Below are positions 43,175-46,014 of a stretch of DNA of 46,014 bases, one piece after another. Below the pieces are notes generated by a model, which saw only the letters and a program-made list of their open reading frames with translations, was not told the origin of the DNA and ran no database searches. Every line of letters starts with the position of its first letter. The stretch's first letter is position 1. A program made the translations under genes and the position numbers. The DNA lies in IMG/VR virus record IMGVR_UViG_3300048851_000104, positions 1 through 46,014 of that record. One strand, 5' to 3'. The stretch is from a virus (Duplodnaviria; Caudoviricetes).

Positions 43175-43501
43175 ATGAGCGATTTGGATTTTACGAAAGT
43201 TGAACAGGGAGTAGACGACGAACTGACTGACGTCCGCTACGAAACCTCCCTCCTCAACCAGCGCGAGTCCACCCACGGTGACTACGAGGACACAGCCCGC
43301 ATCGCTGGCAAGCTGAAAGCCCTGATCCACCAGGAGACGGTCAACCGTCAGCGCCGCGGTCAGCAGAACCTGACCTTCAAGCAGCTCGAGTCCCTCGATC
43401 TCATCAGCACGAAGATCGGACGGATCATCGCCGGCGACGCAAATAACCCGGAGCACTGGGAAGACATCGCCGGCTACGCCCGTCTTATCGTGGAGGGCTG
43501 A
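43175..43501 (+). CDS. DUF6378-like protein
   Basis: AAAGGA RBS; RESTHGDY...KIGRI..GD...HWEDIAGYARL. Confidence 0.8.
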   Translation: MSDLDFTKVEQGVDDELTDVRYETSLLNQRESTHGDYEDTARIAGKLKALIHQETVNRQRRGQQNLTFKQLESLDLISTKIGRIIAGDANNPEHWEDIAGYARLIVEG

Positions 43502-44548
43502 ATGACCCAGTACCCAATCATGTTGATTGGCGAAGCGTACGGTGAGGAGGAGGAGGCCGCCCAGGGCCTCCCCTTCGTCGGGAAGTCCGGCTGGTTCATC
43601 AAACAACTTCTCGCCCAGTCCGGCATCGAGTTCCGCCAGTGTTACGCCACCACCGTTTTCAACCTTCAGCCCAAGCCTACAAACGACATCGTCAATCTGT
43701 GCGGGCCGAAGATAGAGGGCATCCCAGGAATGCCCGCGCTTGTGAAAGGGAAGCACGTCAATGCCCAATACACCCCCGAGCTTCGCCGCCTCTACGAAGA
43801 GATCAACGCTGTCAACCCTAACCTCATCATTGCGTTGGGCGCGACGGCGGCTTGGGCTCTACTCGGAACCAGCGGTATCAAGACTATACGTGGTGCACCT
43901 ATCGGCGCGACTGCTCCGGGAGCCGCTGCAACCGGGGTCAGTCTATCTCGTACCTTCAAAGTACTACCGACGTATCATCCAGCGGCTGTCTTACGTGAGT
44001 GGTCTTTACGACCCGTTATTCTGGCGGACCTTGATAAAGCCCGCCGCAATTCCTACGAGCCAGACATTCGTCGTCCTTCCCGTGAGATCTGGATTGAACC
44101 AACCCTCAGCGATCTTGAAGAGTATGAGCAGCGGTACATCGTACCAGCGAGTCGACTCTCCATCGACATCGAAACTAAGGGCGATCAGATAACCTGCGTT
44201 GGCTTCGCCCCCTCCACGTCGAGCGCGATGGTCATCCCGTTCTGGTCCGCGTCGCAGCGTGACGGCAACTACTGGCGAACCCTGGAAGACGAGCTAATCG
44301 CATGGGACTTCGCCCGCCGTTGGTGCGCCATGAAACCCTCCGTTTTCCAGAACGGACTCTACGACATCCACCGCCTGTGGCGCACCTACGGCATCACATG
44401 CAACCTCGCCGAGCACGACACCATGCTTCTGCACCATGCGCAGCAACCGGAAATGGAGAAGGGCCTTGCCTTCCTCGCCACCGTGTACACCGAGGAAGCA
44501 AGCTGGAAGTTCATGTCCAAGACAGACACGCTGAAGAAGGAAGATTGA
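43502..44548 (+). CDS. Family-4 UDG-like domain fused to the N-terminal part (Exo I/II) of the PolA 3'-5' exonuclease
   Basis: IGEAYG, PFVGKSG, ALGATA and TYHPAAVLR (UDG); SIDIET (Exo I), QNGLYD (Exo II) and HDTMLLHH. Confidence 0.88.
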   Translation: MTQYPIMLIGEAYGEEEEAAQGLPFVGKSGWFIKQLLAQSGIEFRQCYATTVFNLQPKPTNDIVNLCGPKIEGIPGMPALVKGKHVNAQYTPELRRLYEEINAVNPNLIIALGATAAWALLGTSGIKTIRGAPIGATAPGAAATGVSLSRTFKVLPTYHPAAVLREWSLRPVILADLDKARRNSYEPDIRRPSREIWIEPTLSDLEEYEQRYIVPASRLSIDIETKGDQITCVGFAPSTSSAMVIPFWSASQRDGNYWRTLEDELIAWDFARRWCAMKPSVFQNGLYDIHRLWRTYGITCNLAEHDTMLLHHAQQPEMEKGLAFLATVYTEEASWKFMSKTDTLKKED

Positions 44549-44549
44549 G

Positions 44550-44834
44550 ATGGACGACCGCCACATTGCCACAATCCGCTCCCTCGTTCACGCCCCGGTA
44601 GTCGGCGGCATCATCGTCGGGGACGACGGTTTCTACGAACTCGAGGTCCACGTCAACGAACTCGAGATCGAAAACTCCCGCGATCCGCAGGGGTACGTCA
44701 ACCACCAGATCGCACGGCACCTCGCCTCGTGCGCCCAGCGCACCAAGGTTCCGATGGGGGAGAACCTATGGTTCGTCCAGTTCCACCCCCAGGCACAACG
44801 CGACTTCAACCTTCCGAAGGAGGCATGGTTCTAA
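44550..44834 (+). CDS. Hypothetical protein between the two polymerase parts
   Basis: AAGGA RBS; TAATG-coupled to the next gene. Confidence 0.75.
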   Translation: MDDRHIATIRSLVHAPVVGGIIVGDDGFYELEVHVNELEIENSRDPQGYVNHQIARHLASCAQRTKVPMGENLWFVQFHPQAQRDFNLPKEAWF

Positions 44835-45184
44835 TGATCTACCTCGCATCCCCATACAGCCACCCCGATACGCTGATCATGAAGACGCGGTTCCTCTTGG
44901 CCGAGCAGGCCACCGCCATCCTCACGATCGCCGGCCAGCACGTCTATTCTCCGATCGTCCACTACCACGAGATCGCCAGGAAGTTCACCCTCCAGACCGA
45001 CTTCGCTTTCTGGAAGTTCATCAACTTCGACATGATCCGCAAGGCCGATGCGTTCTACATCCTGAACATCGACGGCTGGGAAACGAGTAAAGGCGTGGCC
45101 GCTGAGAAAGCCTTCGCACAGGAATGCGGCCTCACCATTTCCGCCGTGAACCCCGAGGGAGTCGTATCGCCGTGGCTCGCATAA
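44834..45184 (+). CDS. DUF1937 / nucleoside 2-deoxyribosyltransferase-fold protein
   Basis: MIYLASPYSHP...VYSPIVH...GWETSKGVAAE. Confidence 0.82.
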   Translation: MIYLASPYSHPDTLIMKTRFLLAEQATAILTIAGQHVYSPIVHYHEIARKFTLQTDFAFWKFINFDMIRKADAFYILNIDGWETSKGVAAEKAFAQECGLTISAVNPEGVVSPWLA

Positions 45185-46014
45185 TCAATACCGCCGATCT
45201 CACGCCAGCCGCCGTCGCCGCCATGTCGAAGGATACTTCGTATTGGGTTTACAACGGCCTCGACGTCTGCGTTACCGAGGAAGTTCTTCAGGCCTGCCTT
45301 CCGAACCTCGACGCCACCAGCGCCGCGACCTACAAATTCTCCCGCGAACTCCAGGCGCCGGTTTTGGAAATGATGATGCGTGGGCTGAAGGTCAACCAGT
45401 CCCGACGCCACGTCGTCATCAAGGAGTTCGAGGCAAAGCTTGCTATCCTCGAGGCTCAGTTCCAACGCCTGTGTATGGAGGGCATCGGCCTTCCCTCCCC
45501 CGTAAACTGGCGGTCGCCCAAGCAGCTCAACCAGCTTCTTTACGAGGTGATGAACCTCCCCATCCAACGAAAGAGGAACACCAATGGTATCTTTGCTCCG
45601 GCCTCCGGGCGAGAACAACTTGAAAAGCTTTCTCAATACTTTATCGCAGAGCCAATCGTTTCGCATCTTCTTGCGCTTCGAGACCTCGGGAAATCTCTTG
45701 GATTCCTACGAACAGGTATTGACCCAGATGGAAGGATGCGAACCAATATCAATATCGCTGGAACAAATACTGGTCGATGGGCGTCCAGTGAAAGCGATTA
45801 TGGTACTGGCACAAATCTCCAAAACGTAACCTCGTCCCTTCGCTCCGTCTTCGTCGCTGACCCAGGAATGAAGCTTTGCAACATGGACCTTGAGCAAGCG
45901 GACTCCCGCAACCTCGGCGCCCTGTGTTGGGAAATCTTCCTCGACGAGTACGGACCCGAAGTCGCAGGCAAGTATCTCGACGCCTGTGAGGCGGGCGACC
46001 TCCATACCCAGGTC
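45172..46014 (+). CDS. polA: Family A DNA polymerase, N-terminal part (Exo III, thumb, motif A); absent from the ORF track because it runs off the end
   Basis: GTG start after GAGGGAG; WVYNGLDVCVT (Exo III), NWRSPKQL, TNTGRWAS, NLQNV, RSVFVADPG and MDLEQADSR; in frame with position 1. Confidence 0.93.
   Translation, partial: MARIINTADLTPAAVAAMSKDTSYWVYNGLDVCVTEEVLQACLPNLDATSAATYKFSRELQAPVLEMMMRGLKVNQSRRHVVIKEFEAKLAILEAQFQRLCMEGIGLPSPVNWRSPKQLNQLLYEVMNLPIQRKRNTNGIFAPASGREQLEKLSQYFIAEPIVSHLLALRDLGKSLGFLRTGIDPDGRMRTNINIAGTNTGRWASSESDYGTGTNLQNVTSSLRSVFVADPGMKLCNMDLEQADSRNLGALCWEIFLDEYGPEVAGKYLDACEAGDLHTQV
45889..46014. repeat. Exact 126-bp terminal duplication (copy 2)
   Basis: Identical to 1-126. 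Confidence 0.95.

Noticed and set aside
44549-45171. Group I intron interrupting polA
   Set aside because: The gap is fully occupied by two coupled ORFs with no endonuclease motifs, leaving no room for an intron core, and the downstream part has its own RBS.
45889-46014. 126-bp terminal repeat as a biological direct terminal repeat
   Set aside because: It lies in the middle of polA and its length is typical of a k-mer overlap; it indicates circular assembly, not virion ends.
1-46014. Integrase, CI-type repressor, phage RNA polymerase, tRNA/tmRNA
   Set aside because: No supporting motifs were recognised; absence was judged by eye only.

Overview
The window is an apparently complete, circularly assembled dsDNA podophage genome. 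Bases 1-126 are repeated exactly at 45889-46014, giving a unit length of 45,888 bp, and the junction falls inside the DNA polymerase gene. The host is probably an alphaproteobacterium (inference from GC content and gene types only). The minus-strand late arm (24447 to 2027) runs TerS, collagen-like protein, TerL, BPP-1-type portal/scaffold/capsid/cement, T7-like tail tubular proteins, internal virion proteins, a beta-helix tailspike and a lysis cassette. The plus-strand early/replication arm (24800 to 2030, across the junction) carries many small ORFs, an ARC/CDC48-type AAA+ ATPase, a UvrD helicase, HIRAN, a Cas4-like nuclease, a Sak4-like ATPase, an SSB-like protein, a ParB-methyltransferase, a family A polymerase split inside its exonuclease domain with a UDG-like domain in front, and a stand-alone helicase. 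I could not recognise an RNA polymerase, primase, integrase, tRNA or CRISPR array. The most interesting signals are: (1) two type II hammerhead ribozymes directly upstream of RBSs; (2) a ~400-bp symmetric, origin-like inverted-repeat structure centred at 26379.5; (3) two ~230-nt rod-like hairpins containing TTGACA, on opposite strands either side of that centre, which share an identical 18-mer and resemble Frpo/sso single-strand origins; (4) a PolA with Asp at the steric-gate position; (5) a dispersed palindrome family that overlaps early promoters and sits just upstream of late promoters; and (6) a shared C-terminal D-L-[DE]-L tag on several unrelated early proteins. Items 2-4 together suggest a primase-independent replication system, which is a hypothesis. 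All family assignments come from motif recognition by eye, not from database searches.
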